Below, piece after piece: positions 20,883-32,421 of a stretch of 64,000 nucleotides of DNA. The position numbers were made by a program, and so were the translations under genes. This DNA comes from an uncultured delta proteobacterium (GTDB lineage: Bacteria > Desulfobacterota > Syntrophia > Syntrophales > UBA2185). The DNA lies in assembly GCA_963729715.1 (NCBI GenBank), contig CAVSPA010000005.1, positions 352,001-416,000 of the forward strand, in the 5' to 3' direction. A model generated the notes under the pieces. It was given only the letters and a program-made list of their open reading frames with translations. It searched no databases and was not told the DNA's origin. Position 1 is the first letter of the stretch; each line of letters starts with the position of its first letter.

Positions 20883-21623
20883 TTGTTGAAAGAAGTCAGA
20901 AAAAAGCGGGCTTATGAGGATATCGTTTTACAGATTAAAGTGCTCATCGAAAAAGGCAAGCTAAAGCACGGCGACCAGCTACCCAACGAAAAAGAACTGT
21001 CAGAAACTTTTAAAGTATCTCGATTGACCGTACGTGAGGCGATACTTTCCTTGGAGACGATAAACCTTGTTGAGAGGAGGCAGGGTAATGGAACGTATGT
21101 AATGGCTACCAGCGAGGAAGCAATTATAAGACCTTTGGCAACAGCACTCTTTCACGATCGGGACAGCATCATCGATATATTTGCTCTTCGCAAGATTTTA
21201 GAACCGGAGATCGCAAGATTAGCAGCAATAAATGCATCACAAAGAAAAATAGCCCAGTTGGAAGAGATTATAGCAAGACAGGAAGAAGAGATTTCTGAAG
21301 GGCGAATGCCGGTGAAGTTGGACTCCAGCTTCCATTATACCTTAGCCACGATGTCGAAAAATAAAGTGCTTGGTCGTCTCCTTATTGCTCTTATGGGCAT
21401 TCTCCGCAAAACGCGAGAGACATATCTTCAGACGGAAGAAAGGAAGCAGAAATCACTCGCAGGCCATCAGAGCATTCTTGCGGCGATCAAGGAAGGCAAT
21501 GGAACAACTGCCCGGCAGGCAATGATGCAACACATAGAGGAGGTGGAAAACACACTGTTCAAGAAAAAAGATGCTGGTGAACAGAGAGATCGATCTTCAT
21601 TAAAACGCGTATACACACAATAA
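20883..21623 (+). CDS. FadR/GntR family transcriptional regulator
   Basis: GDQLPNEKELSETFKVSRLTVREAI, RQGNGTYV, FCD domain; TTG start chosen after GGGGAG. Confidence 0.9.
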   Translation: MLKEVRKKRAYEDIVLQIKVLIEKGKLKHGDQLPNEKELSETFKVSRLTVREAILSLETINLVERRQGNGTYVMATSEEAIIRPLATALFHDRDSIIDIFALRKILEPEIARLAAINASQRKIAQLEEIIARQEEEISEGRMPVKLDSSFHYTLATMSKNKVLGRLLIALMGILRKTRETYLQTEERKQKSLAGHQSILAAIKEGNGTTARQAMMQHIEEVENTLFKKKDAGEQRDRSSLKRVYTQ

Positions 21624-21683
21624 TATTGTGGTCTTACGTGTCAGTCTATGGCTGACCAATTTCATTTGAAGGAGGTAGTGTTT

Positions 21684-22322
21684 ATGGCGAAAGTAACTGA
21701 GATAACTGTATGGACGAGGGGCGTGGTAATGGACAAGGAAGCGCGCGACATTGCCAATGCCTTCGCTCAGGCAGCCAAAATGGACGGCAAATTCGTTCAG
21801 GCTTTTGACAATTACGAAGATTTGCCGGACCGCGTTCTTGTAACCACGAGGAAGTACGTGCGAGTCAGTGATGAAGATATTGAGATGAAATATCTCTATA
21901 CCAACAGCCATCCTGACATCGTGGTCGTTGTTGAACCAACCATTGTAAAAGGGATTAATGTTTTGAGGGGGATGCCCGAAGGAGGTCTGCTCATCATTAA
22001 CACGGCCCGGCCCATCAATTACATGCTCCAATTCATTCCCAATGCCGACATACTTGGCGCTGTTGCCACTGTCGATGCTGACGGCATTTCGGGAATAAGA
22101 ACCGTGGACTTCTCGGGATCAGAGGGCGGTGTCGATGCGTCCGGAATCGGGGCCGGTATTGCTGCTCCTATTCTGGGAGCGATGGCAAGAGTAACCAAAA
22201 TGGCGAAAAAAGAAAACCTCGCAAAGATCGTCAGCGATGTGGCAGCAATGGAACGTGGCTTCAAGGAGGTAAATCTGGAAAAATTCAGAAAATCCCGTGT
22301 CGAATATTCATGGGGAAGTTAA
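21684..22322 (+). CDS. Oxalate oxidoreductase, gamma-type domain subunit
   Basis: ITVWTRGVVMDKEARDI, DNYEDLPDRV, KYLYTN..PDIVV resemble (from recall) the N-terminal part of the Moorella thermoacetica OOR delta subunit; lacks the GRGGQG motif of POR gamma. Confidence 0.85.
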   Translation: MAKVTEITVWTRGVVMDKEARDIANAFAQAAKMDGKFVQAFDNYEDLPDRVLVTTRKYVRVSDEDIEMKYLYTNSHPDIVVVVEPTIVKGINVLRGMPEGGLLIINTARPINYMLQFIPNADILGAVATVDADGISGIRTVDFSGSEGGVDASGIGAGIAAPILGAMARVTKMAKKENLAKIVSDVAAMERGFKEVNLEKFRKSRVEYSWGS

Positions 22323-22369
22323 TACATGGTTAGTTCATTATCATTAAAACTTAGAGGAAGGAGAAAAAT

Positions 22370-22699
22370 ATGGCTATAAAGATACCTAAAGACAGAGAAG
22401 TACCTTTCGGAGCAATCACTCCGGCGCCGATCAAACAGCAGGAACTCTTTATGACATCGAACTGGAGGATTGTCAGACCGGTTATCGACCACGAAAAGTG
22501 TACGAGGTGTTTTACCTGTTATGGCGCATGCCCGGATTCATGCTGGTCATACAATGAAAAAGAGGATCAAATGGAATGGAACTGGAAGTTCTGTAAAGGC
22601 TGCCAGATCTGTATCTATGAGTGCCCGGCAGATGCTATAGCTTCTGTCCCGGAACTTGATTTTGAAGACGGGGTACAGCGTTTAGAAAAACCCTTTTAA
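22370..22699 (+). CDS. Oxalate oxidoreductase ferredoxin-like subunit (2x[4Fe-4S])
   Basis: NWRIVRPVID, CTRCFTCYGACP, CKGCQICIYECP. Confidence 0.88.
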   Translation: MAIKIPKDREVPFGAITPAPIKQQELFMTSNWRIVRPVIDHEKCTRCFTCYGACPDSCWSYNEKEDQMEWNWKFCKGCQICIYECPADAIASVPELDFEDGVQRLEKPF

Positions 22700-22718
22700 G
22701 TAAGAAGGAGGAAACAAT

Positions 22719-24928
<2,210 letters not shown>

Positions 24929-24971
24929 GCTGCGACGAGAGATGAGAGTCCTTCTTGCGTTGCGTGATTAG

Positions 24972-25009
24972 TTGAGAGCACCCTGCCGATTCCGGCAGGG
25001 CGCTCTCAA
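24972..25009. repeat. Long inverted repeat (17-bp stem, one mismatch on +) after the OOR beta gene
   Basis: TTGAGAGCACCCTGCCG-ATTC-CGGCAGGGCGCTCTCAA. Confidence 0.7.
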
Positions 25010-25220
25010 TCTCTCTAAAACTTAGATGCTTTAAACATTTCATTAGTAGGGCTGAGTATCACTAATGAAACTGCATCTCGTAAAGACGCAGATACCGCAA
25101 TGGTGGTTGGAAAAGATATGGCACCACATTTAGGCGGTATCATGGATCCAAGTATGAAACATCTCCTCACCAACATCGGGTGAGGGAAAACCTTCTGCCA
25201 AATTGATTACGGAGGTAAAT

Positions 25221-26480
25221 ATGGGAAACGGAGACGCTGCAAAGACAGGTTTCATGAATAATCCCTGGATAATGTTAACAGCCGGTGTTCTCGGTATGGC
25301 AATGATATCCAGCCTTCAGTATGCCTGGGCTCTTTTTGTTCCTGATATTCTTAAGTCTAATCCAACATTTTCAAAGGTGGAGATTCAGGCGGCCTTTGCG
25401 ACATTTGTAGCATGTATGACCTTTGCGGGCCCTCTGACCGGCTACCTGATGGATAAGTTCGGCACAAAAATTTTCTTCTCCCTTGCGGCAATACTGGTAG
25501 CGGTTGGATGGGGTAGCATTGGCGCGCACGATAAGGTGTTGCCAATGTGCATATCTTACGGATGTGCCGGCATCGGCGCAAGTTTTATATATACGGGTGG
25601 CATAGCCGCATCCTTGAAGTGGTTCCCAAAGAAGAGGGGCACGGCTTCCGGTATCATGGCTTGTGGCTTCGGTTCCGGAGCAGCACTTTTCGGATGGCTC
25701 ATAATCAAACTTGTTTCAAATTACGGCTACAAAACCGCCTTCCTTTATACCGGCATTGGGTTTGCGGTGGTATTGCTTCTGGTTGCGCAGGTACTCAGAT
25801 TCCCCCAAGGCACCGCCGATACCGCAGAGGCGGCTGTTTCCGACAAGCCGAAAGAAGCTGAAGGCAAGGGTTACAGCCCCGTAAAGATGTTCAAGACGGG
25901 GCAGTTCTATCTGATTTATGGTATGTTCGTGCTTATGGCCATCGGATATATGTTTCTTACGCCGAACATCAAGCTGATGGCCAATGACTACAAGATACCG
26001 GCGGCAATATTTACTATTACCTTTACGGCATTGGCTGCAGCAAACGGGCTTGGGAGAATCGTCTGGGGCATAATTTCAGATAAGATTGGCAGAGAAAATG
26101 CTATGTTCATTGATTTTGTCGCGTGCGGTCTGCTGTATATTCTTCTGCCGTTTGTAGCAGATAATCCGTATGCGTTCATGATCGTAGTAACGGTGGCATT
26201 TTTCTGCACCGGGCCAATGTTTGCTTTTTTCCCACCCATTACTGCCGATCGTTATGGCGAAAAATATTTGTCCACAAATTATGGCATAATGTATACGGCA
26301 AAGGGCGTTGGCGGTATGATAGGACCAACCTTTATTACTGCGCTTGCACTATACTATGCCAAGTCGCATGGTTTTGAAATTGGGTGGATCGTAGGATGTT
26401 CGGTCATTGGAGCAACGGCCATCGCTTCGGGGATTGGCGCGCTCATTCTAAAAAAGATAGCTAAACCGGTAGGGGCTTAG
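25221..26480 (+). CDS. oxlT: OFA-family MFS transporter (oxalate/formate antiporter-like)
   Basis: ISSLQYAW, KWFPKKRGTASG, GFGSG, NGLGR..WG.ISDKIGRE, NYGIMYTAKG; adjacent to OOR genes. Confidence 0.82.
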   Translation: MGNGDAAKTGFMNNPWIMLTAGVLGMAMISSLQYAWALFVPDILKSNPTFSKVEIQAAFATFVACMTFAGPLTGYLMDKFGTKIFFSLAAILVAVGWGSIGAHDKVLPMCISYGCAGIGASFIYTGGIAASLKWFPKKRGTASGIMACGFGSGAALFGWLIIKLVSNYGYKTAFLYTGIGFAVVLLLVAQVLRFPQGTADTAEAAVSDKPKEAEGKGYSPVKMFKTGQFYLIYGMFVLMAIGYMFLTPNIKLMANDYKIPAAIFTITFTALAAANGLGRIVWGIISDKIGRENAMFIDFVACGLLYILLPFVADNPYAFMIVVTVAFFCTGPMFAFFPPITADRYGEKYLSTNYGIMYTAKGVGGMIGPTFITALALYYAKSHGFEIGWIVGCSVIGATAIASGIGALILKKIAKPVGA

Positions 26481-26696
26481 CCGTTGTGTCCTGCCGCAAC
26501 ACCGGCAGAGGCAGCAGCCAGGACGTCATAATCGATTGGCTGACTGAAGAAATGGCCTTGAGAGAGTTTCAAACGGGGTGCGTATGCAGGCTGCGAAGAT
26601 ACCTTGTTGCGAGTGAACGTTTCACGGAAGGGCGGCTGGTGGAAAAATGATTTCTGCTCGCCGCCCTTACTATTTTGAGAACAGAGGTAAGGCAAT

Positions 26697-27638
26697 ATGG
26701 AGGTTCTGATTGTTGGTGGCGCCGACGATGTAGGAAGATACCTGGCGAAGGTACTTCCCACAAAGGGGCACAAACTGACAATCCTCGACCAGGCTCCGCG
26801 CCCTCTATGGTTTAATGAAAATCTGCCCCTTAACTATCTTCAGGGAAATATTTCAGATGCAACAATAACCAAAGACGCTGTCCGTGGAAAGGATCTGGTC
26901 ATCCACCTTGCATGGAGTTTTGCCGATGACCCGCACACTATTTTTGATATAGACATCAAAGGTCACACCCATCTCCTAGATGCAGCTTCATCTTCAGGAG
27001 TTAAGGGTTTTATCTATACAAGCACGGCAACCGTATATGGCCATGCAGTTGTGCACCCCGTGACAGAGGTTCATCAGTGTCTTATTGGAGAAGCAAGGAA
27101 GCCTTTATACGCGCTTGGCAAGTTAACGGCGGAAGAGCTGTGCAAGTACTACCATAAGACCCGCGGGCTTCATGTCACAATCTTCCGTTTCTGGTGGGCT
27201 TTCGGCGATAGCATCGGCGGGAGTCACTTGAGGGATTTAATCAGGAAGGCTATAAACAATCAGCCCCTTGAATTGGTTCGCGGTGCGGGTGGGGTATTTA
27301 TTACCATGGCTGATCTCGAAAGCGCCATCATGCTTGCGGCGTCAAGACCTAATGCTTCAGGTCAGATTTACAATTTGGGAAGCTTTTTTCTCACATGGGA
27401 AGAAATTGTGAAGATTATTGTGCATCTCACCAACTCCAATTCGCCCATCTAGTTTATCTCTTCTGAAGAGTGGCCGGGACCTGCATTCTTAAGCGAGGTA
27501 TGGGATTTGGATTGGAGTAAGGCAACAAACGAATTGGGTTTTAGGCCGGCCGCATCTGTAGAAATGACGCTCTCCTTGTTCACTGAAGCCATGAAAAATT
27601 GTATTACCAATGTACAAAAAGATGCCATCCAAAAATAA
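26697..27638 (+). pseudogene. NAD-dependent epimerase/dehydratase with one in-frame TAG (nonsense mutation, sequence error or readthrough)
   Basis: GGADDVG, HLAW, YALGK (YxxxK); TAG at 27450-27452 followed by 61 in-frame codons containing DWSKATNELGFRP, typical of the extended-SDR C-terminus. Confidence 0.75.
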
Positions 27639-27727
27639 ATGTCTTACCTCTTATTCTAATTGCTCATAATCATCAAGTATATCGACCTGTTGCTCTGTAT
27701 GAGAACGAAGACTTCTGAGAGTATCAA

Positions 27728-28834
27728 CTATCCGTGATGTTCGGATTTTTCAGAATGAATCATCCAGCATTGAGGATCATCTGCAAAGAGATCGGGGGCG
27801 CCTCGGGATTTCGAATAAGCGTAGGCCACAGCCCGGCAACCCCGGCAGGAAGGCCAGAGAGGGCATTCCCCGCATTCCCCCTTGTAACTTTCTCTTTGCC
27901 TGAGACGCCAGAGGACTTTGGAGGTGGACCATATCTGCCGCAGGGAGGTCTTGCTGAGGTTGCCTATCTTGAGCCCGATACGGCGGCAGGGCATGACAGA
28001 CCCATCACTGGTAATGGTCACTCCTGAGAAACCGGCGCTGCAGCCGGAGAGAGCCAACTTGCTTTCCGGTGAAGGTTTGAATCCCGAAAGGACGCCTGCC
28101 AACGGATCCCCGGAGGCGACTTGGAACGATGGCCTGTCCAAAGCGAGCGCTTTTTCATAAGCCGTCTTGATCTCCTTAGCTGTAAGGATACTGTCCAATA
28201 GGTTTTCAGCGCTTCCGCAGGGAACCAGGCGGGAAAAGCCGATTCCGGAGAAGCCAGCAACTTCTGCTATTTTTGCCGTTTCTTCAACGCTCCCGATGTT
28301 GAGGCGGGAAAGAGTCATATTTGCGCTCACGCCATTTCCCGCATCGACGAGAAGGCGGGCGCCCTTAACAGCAGCGGCAAAACTTCCGGCGCCTCTGATG
28401 CTATCGTGTATTTCGGGAGGACCTTCAAGGCTGATCTGGATATCCGCTATGCCAAGTGCCGACGCCTTTCGGGAAGCGTCCTCGGTAATAAGGCAGCCGT
28501 TCGTCAAAATAGCGACCTTGTACCCGCTCTTTCTGGCATGGGTGATTGCGTCCCACAGCCCCTTATAGAGGAACGGCTCGCCCCCCGTAAAATTAATCGA
28601 CGGGGACAGAGATATATCGTACTCCTTCTCCCAGGCCTCCAACATCTCTGTGGCCCCGTCGATGTGCTGCTTCAATTCATCAACGGACATCTCGCGAGGT
28701 CTTCTCCGCTGCTGATAACAATGCCGGCATTGGAGATTGCAACGCTCGGTCAGATGCCACTGGATAAAAAAATCAAACGTCTTTGTTGCCGGACCGGCAA
28801 CTATTTGCCTTTTCACTTCTTTCAACTGTAGCAT
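27728..28834 (-). CDS. Radical SAM/SPASM domain protein (peptide maturase-like)
   Basis: QWHLTERCNLQCRHC (CxxxCxxC), TGGEP, ISLEG; SPASM CSAG...MPC...CGEC.....CRGCRA...DPQC. Confidence 0.93.
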   Translation of the reverse strand: MLQLKEVKRQIVAGPATKTFDFFIQWHLTERCNLQCRHCYQQRRRPREMSVDELKQHIDGATEMLEAWEKEYDISLSPSINFTGGEPFLYKGLWDAITHARKSGYKVAILTNGCLITEDASRKASALGIADIQISLEGPPEIHDSIRGAGSFAAAVKGARLLVDAGNGVSANMTLSRLNIGSVEETAKIAEVAGFSGIGFSRLVPCGSAENLLDSILTAKEIKTAYEKALALDRPSFQVASGDPLAGVLSGFKPSPESKLALSGCSAGFSGVTITSDGSVMPCRRIGLKIGNLSKTSLRQIWSTSKVLWRLRQRESYKGECGECPLWPSCRGCRAVAYAYSKSRGAPDLFADDPQCWMIHSEKSEHHG

Positions 28835-28837
28835 AAC

Positions 28838-28939
28838 TTACCAGACTCCGCAGACCTCATGTACAACCAGAACTTCTCTTCTTCGCGCTTGGCTCGTTTG
28901 CTCAGTTCGTTCCTTTTTAGGGTCCTCATCCTTTTTCAC
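28838..28939 (-). CDS. Putative RiPP precursor peptide, 33 aa, MKKDEDPKKERTEQTSQARRREVLVVHEVCGVW
   Basis: Below ORF-track cutoff; GTG start after purine-rich AGGAAAGGAG; TAA ends 3 nt before the rSAM ATG; charged leader plus CGVW terminus. Confidence 0.62.
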   Translation of the reverse strand: MKKDEDPKKERTEQTSQARRREVLVVHEVCGVW

Positions 28940-29096
28940 CTCCTTTCCTATTGTTCTTAAGCCTGGGGATATAAACTCCTAAGATGATCACGCCGATCAT
29001 CAGTAGGATCATCTTTTGCTGCTGTTGCGAGAACCGAGCCTAAATAATGCTAATCGTTCACTAAGAAAGAGCGTTTCTATTCTATAAGGTAATGCC

Positions 29097-29762
29097 TCAT
29101 TTATCTTCGCCAAATGCCTTAGCCCTTTTCACGATGACCCGCGCCGGAGCGCCATCAGAATCGAGAATCATCATGGGAAGGCATATCATGTTGTAAAGAC
29201 CGGGTGGAGCATTGGTGAGATCAAGCCCCTCAATAACGAGAATCCCTGCGCCGAGCAAAGTTCTGTGAACATCCGGGCCATTTTTCTTATAGCCGCCGAC
29301 AGAGAGATAATCTACGCCCAGAGTCTTGATGCCGCGGGTGACGAGGAATTCCGCCGCATCTTTCTCCATGTAGACAAAGTCTTCGATAAAGTTATCTTTA
29401 TGTAGTAATTGGTTTGTCGAGTTTAGTGTCCTCAAAAGGATCCTCTCGCCTTTCCTAATTCTGTGTCCGGCAAGTTCCTTTTCTTTGATGGTATCGGCAT
29501 CTTCAATCTCGATGATCCTCGCAAGGCCAATCAGCGAATCAAACAAAAGCCGGTCAACTCCCTTTGCGCCTTTGATAAAATGTGCCGGGGCGTCGACATG
29601 AGTGCCGGAATGAGCGCCCATCGTTATCTTCGAGAGATTGATGGTATCGCCTTTATCCATATCGCGCACGCGCTCAATGGAAAAAGGAGGGTCAGTGGGC
29701 CAGTGCACCATGTTTGATTTCAAGGTAAGAGAGACATCGATCCATTTATCACCTTTCATCAT
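29097..29762 (-). CDS. Cyclase family (kynurenine formamidase-like) metallohydrolase
   Basis: HSGTHVDAPAH, LGVDYLS, H..LL..GI..IEGL, DGAPARV. Confidence 0.9.
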   Translation of the reverse strand: MMKGDKWIDVSLTLKSNMVHWPTDPPFSIERVRDMDKGDTINLSKITMGAHSGTHVDAPAHFIKGAKGVDRLLFDSLIGLARIIEIEDADTIKEKELAGHRIRKGERILLRTLNSTNQLLHKDNFIEDFVYMEKDAAEFLVTRGIKTLGVDYLSVGGYKKNGPDVHRTLLGAGILVIEGLDLTNAPPGLYNMICLPMMILDSDGAPARVIVKRAKAFGEDK

Positions 29763-29793
29763 ACGATTAATTCTCCTTATCCGCTTTGTCCGA

Positions 29794-30540
29794 TCAGTCG
29801 CGCTCGAGATGGCGCACGCCGCCTTTTCCGGCGACAATTACATTCGTGGCGATACGTATAAAGAGCCCGTGTTCTACGATCCCTGCGCGCGCCTTCAAAT
29901 CGGCAGCCAGTTCGGCGGGGTCTCTTATCGGACCAAAATTGGCGTCGAGAATGACATTACCATGGTCGGTTCTAAAAAGCTTTTCGTCGCTATTTCTTCT
30001 TGGCTTCACGTTAGCACCAAGTTTCTCGAGGAAAAAAATGTGGGACTGCCATCCGAAGGGGATCACTTCAATGGGGACAGCGCACCGCGTGCCTAAGACG
30101 TCCGACATCTTTGATTCATCCACAATGATGATCTCACATAGGCTTGCCTGGGCGACGATCTTTTCGCTCAGAAGGGCGCCGCCGCCGCCTTTTATGAGGT
30201 TAAGATGTTCGTCCACTTCATCCGCTCCGTCGATGGTAAGATCGATGACAGAATTTCTGTTCAAGGTAGTGAGCGGAATTCCCAGTGTCCGTGCATCTTC
30301 GAATACTTTCCGGGAACAGGGCACGCCGCGTATGTTCTGCAGAGATCCTGAACGGATCAGCTCCGCAATTCTTCTTACGGCATAGAGGGCCGTACTTCCA
30401 TGACCCAAGCCCACGATCATGCCCGATTGCACAAACTCGACGGCGCGCAGCGCCGCCTGCTCTTTCATCTTTGCAGCATTAGTTCCCACTCCTCGCGCTC
30501 TTCCTTCCTTTTCGATGCTGCGTCCATTCTTCTTCTCCAT
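29794..30540 (-). CDS. rpiA: Ribose-5-phosphate isomerase A
   Basis: VGLGHGST, DGADEV, KGGGGALLSEK, TDHGN, GIVEHGLF. Confidence 0.95.
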   Translation of the reverse strand: MEKKNGRSIEKEGRARGVGTNAAKMKEQAALRAVEFVQSGMIVGLGHGSTALYAVRRIAELIRSGSLQNIRGVPCSRKVFEDARTLGIPLTTLNRNSVIDLTIDGADEVDEHLNLIKGGGGALLSEKIVAQASLCEIIIVDESKMSDVLGTRCAVPIEVIPFGWQSHIFFLEKLGANVKPRRNSDEKLFRTDHGNVILDANFGPIRDPAELAADLKARAGIVEHGLFIRIATNVIVAGKGGVRHLERD

Positions 30541-30563
30541 TATTTCAATTATGACACAGTTTG

Positions 30564-31514
30564 TTAGAGAAGGAAACGGGGCAATTTATCAAAAAACATG
30601 AACATCATGACCACGAGCATGAAGTAATTCGTCCTCTTGAAAACGCCGGCGTAACCTGATGCGTGCGATCTCATAAAATTTATCCCGTTCGTGGCAAGCC
30701 ACAGGGAGACACCAATCAGGGATATATGGATAAAGGGCGACCGAATAACGCCGAAGAAAGTGACAAGCTGCAAACTTACCGCTGTCGCTATGATCCACTG
30801 GAAGGTCAGCCGATCAAGTTGGTCACCTGTGAAGACTTCCGTGAGAGAGGGAAGGCCGGCCTTTTCATATTCCTTTCCGAAGGCAAGGAGATGGATGAAG
30901 CAGTGAGGAACCTGCCACATGAAGAAGAAGAAAGAGAGGAGCGCTAACCGCGGGTCTATGAGGCTCCCGCCTCCTGCAATCCAGCCTATGACCGGCGGGA
31001 TGGCACCGACCAGGGCCCCGGGGATCGCTGCAAAGGCACTGCGGCTCTTGAACCATGTGTAAAAACCATTATACCAGAAGACTGCGGCAAGCCCGAGGAG
31101 GGGCGCTGTTAACACACCCGTAAAGAGGAGCGCGATTGAACCCGCACATATTAGGGCAACGGCAAAGAAGAGCGCATGGCCGGGTTTGATTCTTCCCGAC
31201 GGTATGGGTCTTCTCGCCGTCCTGTGCATAAGGGCATCGGTGGAACGATCCTGCCAGTGATTGAGGGCGCAGGCACCGCAGGCCATGAGAAATACGCCTG
31301 TGATGAGGGCCGGCAATACAGGCCAGGGATCATACGCTTCCAGTAGAAGGCCTGTAGCCGCGGAAAGAGCAGCAAAGAAGGATATCTTCACCTTGCAGAG
31401 GCAGAGATAGGAACGGACATTAGAAAAATCCCTTTCTTCCCCCCTCTGCAAAGGGGGACGGAAGGGGGGGGCAGGCACTTTGCATTTTTTCAGAAACGGC
31501 CCGTTAGTCATCAT
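30564..31514 (-). CDS. ctaB: Protoheme IX farnesyltransferase (heme O synthase)
   Basis: ALNHWQDRSTDALMHRTARRPIPSGRI, GAIPP..GW, WQVPH. Confidence 0.9.
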   Translation of the reverse strand: MMTNGPFLKKCKVPAPPFRPPLQRGEERDFSNVRSYLCLCKVKISFFAALSAATGLLLEAYDPWPVLPALITGVFLMACGACALNHWQDRSTDALMHRTARRPIPSGRIKPGHALFFAVALICAGSIALLFTGVLTAPLLGLAAVFWYNGFYTWFKSRSAFAAIPGALVGAIPPVIGWIAGGGSLIDPRLALLSFFFFMWQVPHCFIHLLAFGKEYEKAGLPSLTEVFTGDQLDRLTFQWIIATAVSLQLVTFFGVIRSPFIHISLIGVSLWLATNGINFMRSHASGYAGVFKRTNYFMLVVMMFMFFDKLPRFLL

Positions 31515-32413
31515 TTGAGCGTCTCAATATAAGAAACAATGGTCCTTAGTTCTTCGTCCGACATTGGAACCTGGGGCATCACCGGGGGATAGCCCTTGAC
31601 GAGGGCGGCTTGGGGATTAAGTATATGTTCACCGATAAAAGTGTCGTCCACTATAATGCTCTTCTCCTGCCCCGCTGCGATCACGGTCTCCTTCCTGCCC
31701 ACGAGATCTTTAAAAGTAGGACCAACTTTCGAGGTACCGTCAAGAGTGTGGCATCCGAGACACCCCTTTGCCTGCAAGATCCTCGGCCCCAGAGCGGCGA
31801 CTGTAGTAGGCGGCGGCGCGTTCATCCACTTTTCAAAATCGTCAGGCATCATGACGACAACCTTCGAGCGCATGTGGGAATGGCCGACGCCGCAATACTC
31901 AGTGCAAAAGATATCATACGTCCCTGCCTCGTTCGCAGTGAACCAGAGGTGAGTCTTCATGCCGGGGACGCAATCTTCTTTGATGCGGTACGCGGGGATG
32001 TAGAGGCAGTGGAGCACATCGACGGATGTCATGATGAGCCTCACCGGCTTTCCCACGGGAACATGCAACACATCGCTCTGCCTGCCGTTGTCATAATCAA
32101 AAAGCCAGGACCACTGACGGGCGGTGACATTGACGGTCATGGCATCCTTCGGCGGGTTGCGGATGTACTGAAAGTCCACCCAGCCGAAGTAGAACATGAA
32201 GATGACGAGTATCGTGGGAATTACCGTCCATGCGATCTCGAGGAGGGTATTTTCTTTGACGTGTTCCGGCCGGGGGTGTTTCTCTCTGTTGTACTTCACG
32301 AGGAAGACCACCATGCAGATCGTGACGATAGCGAAAAGGATTACACAGCAGGTCACGATGAAGAGGAAGGCCCCTTCCACTTTGCCAGCCGTATCTGAAG
32401 GACCCAGAAACAT
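31511..32413 (-). CDS. coxB: Cytochrome c oxidase subunit II with C-terminal cytochrome c
   Basis: LEIAWTVIP, QWSW, DVLH, CTEYCGVGHSHM CuA motif, CLGCH heme c. Confidence 0.93.
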   Translation of the reverse strand: MFLGPSDTAGKVEGAFLFIVTCCVILFAIVTICMVVFLVKYNREKHPRPEHVKENTLLEIAWTVIPTILVIFMFYFGWVDFQYIRNPPKDAMTVNVTARQWSWLFDYDNGRQSDVLHVPVGKPVRLIMTSVDVLHCLYIPAYRIKEDCVPGMKTHLWFTANEAGTYDIFCTEYCGVGHSHMRSKVVVMMPDDFEKWMNAPPPTTVAALGPRILQAKGCLGCHTLDGTSKVGPTFKDLVGRKETVIAAGQEKSIIVDDTFIGEHILNPQAALVKGYPPVMPQVPMSDEELRTIVSYIETLK

Positions 32414-32421
32414 AGTCCGCC

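Noticed and set aside
28822..28929. Alternative 35-aa ORF MRTLKRNELSKRAKREEEKFWLYMRSAESGKLCYS with a strong AGGAGGTG SD
   Set aside because: Not excluded: it has the better SD, but it overlaps the rSAM start and lacks a recognisable core motif, so the CGVW frame was preferred
28926..29012. Hydrophobic mini-ORF MILLMIGVIILGVYIPRLKNNRKGGEKG and AAGATGATC/GATCATCTT inverted repeat
   Set aside because: No SD; may be a membrane-protein remnant or a by-product of the repeat; too little evidence
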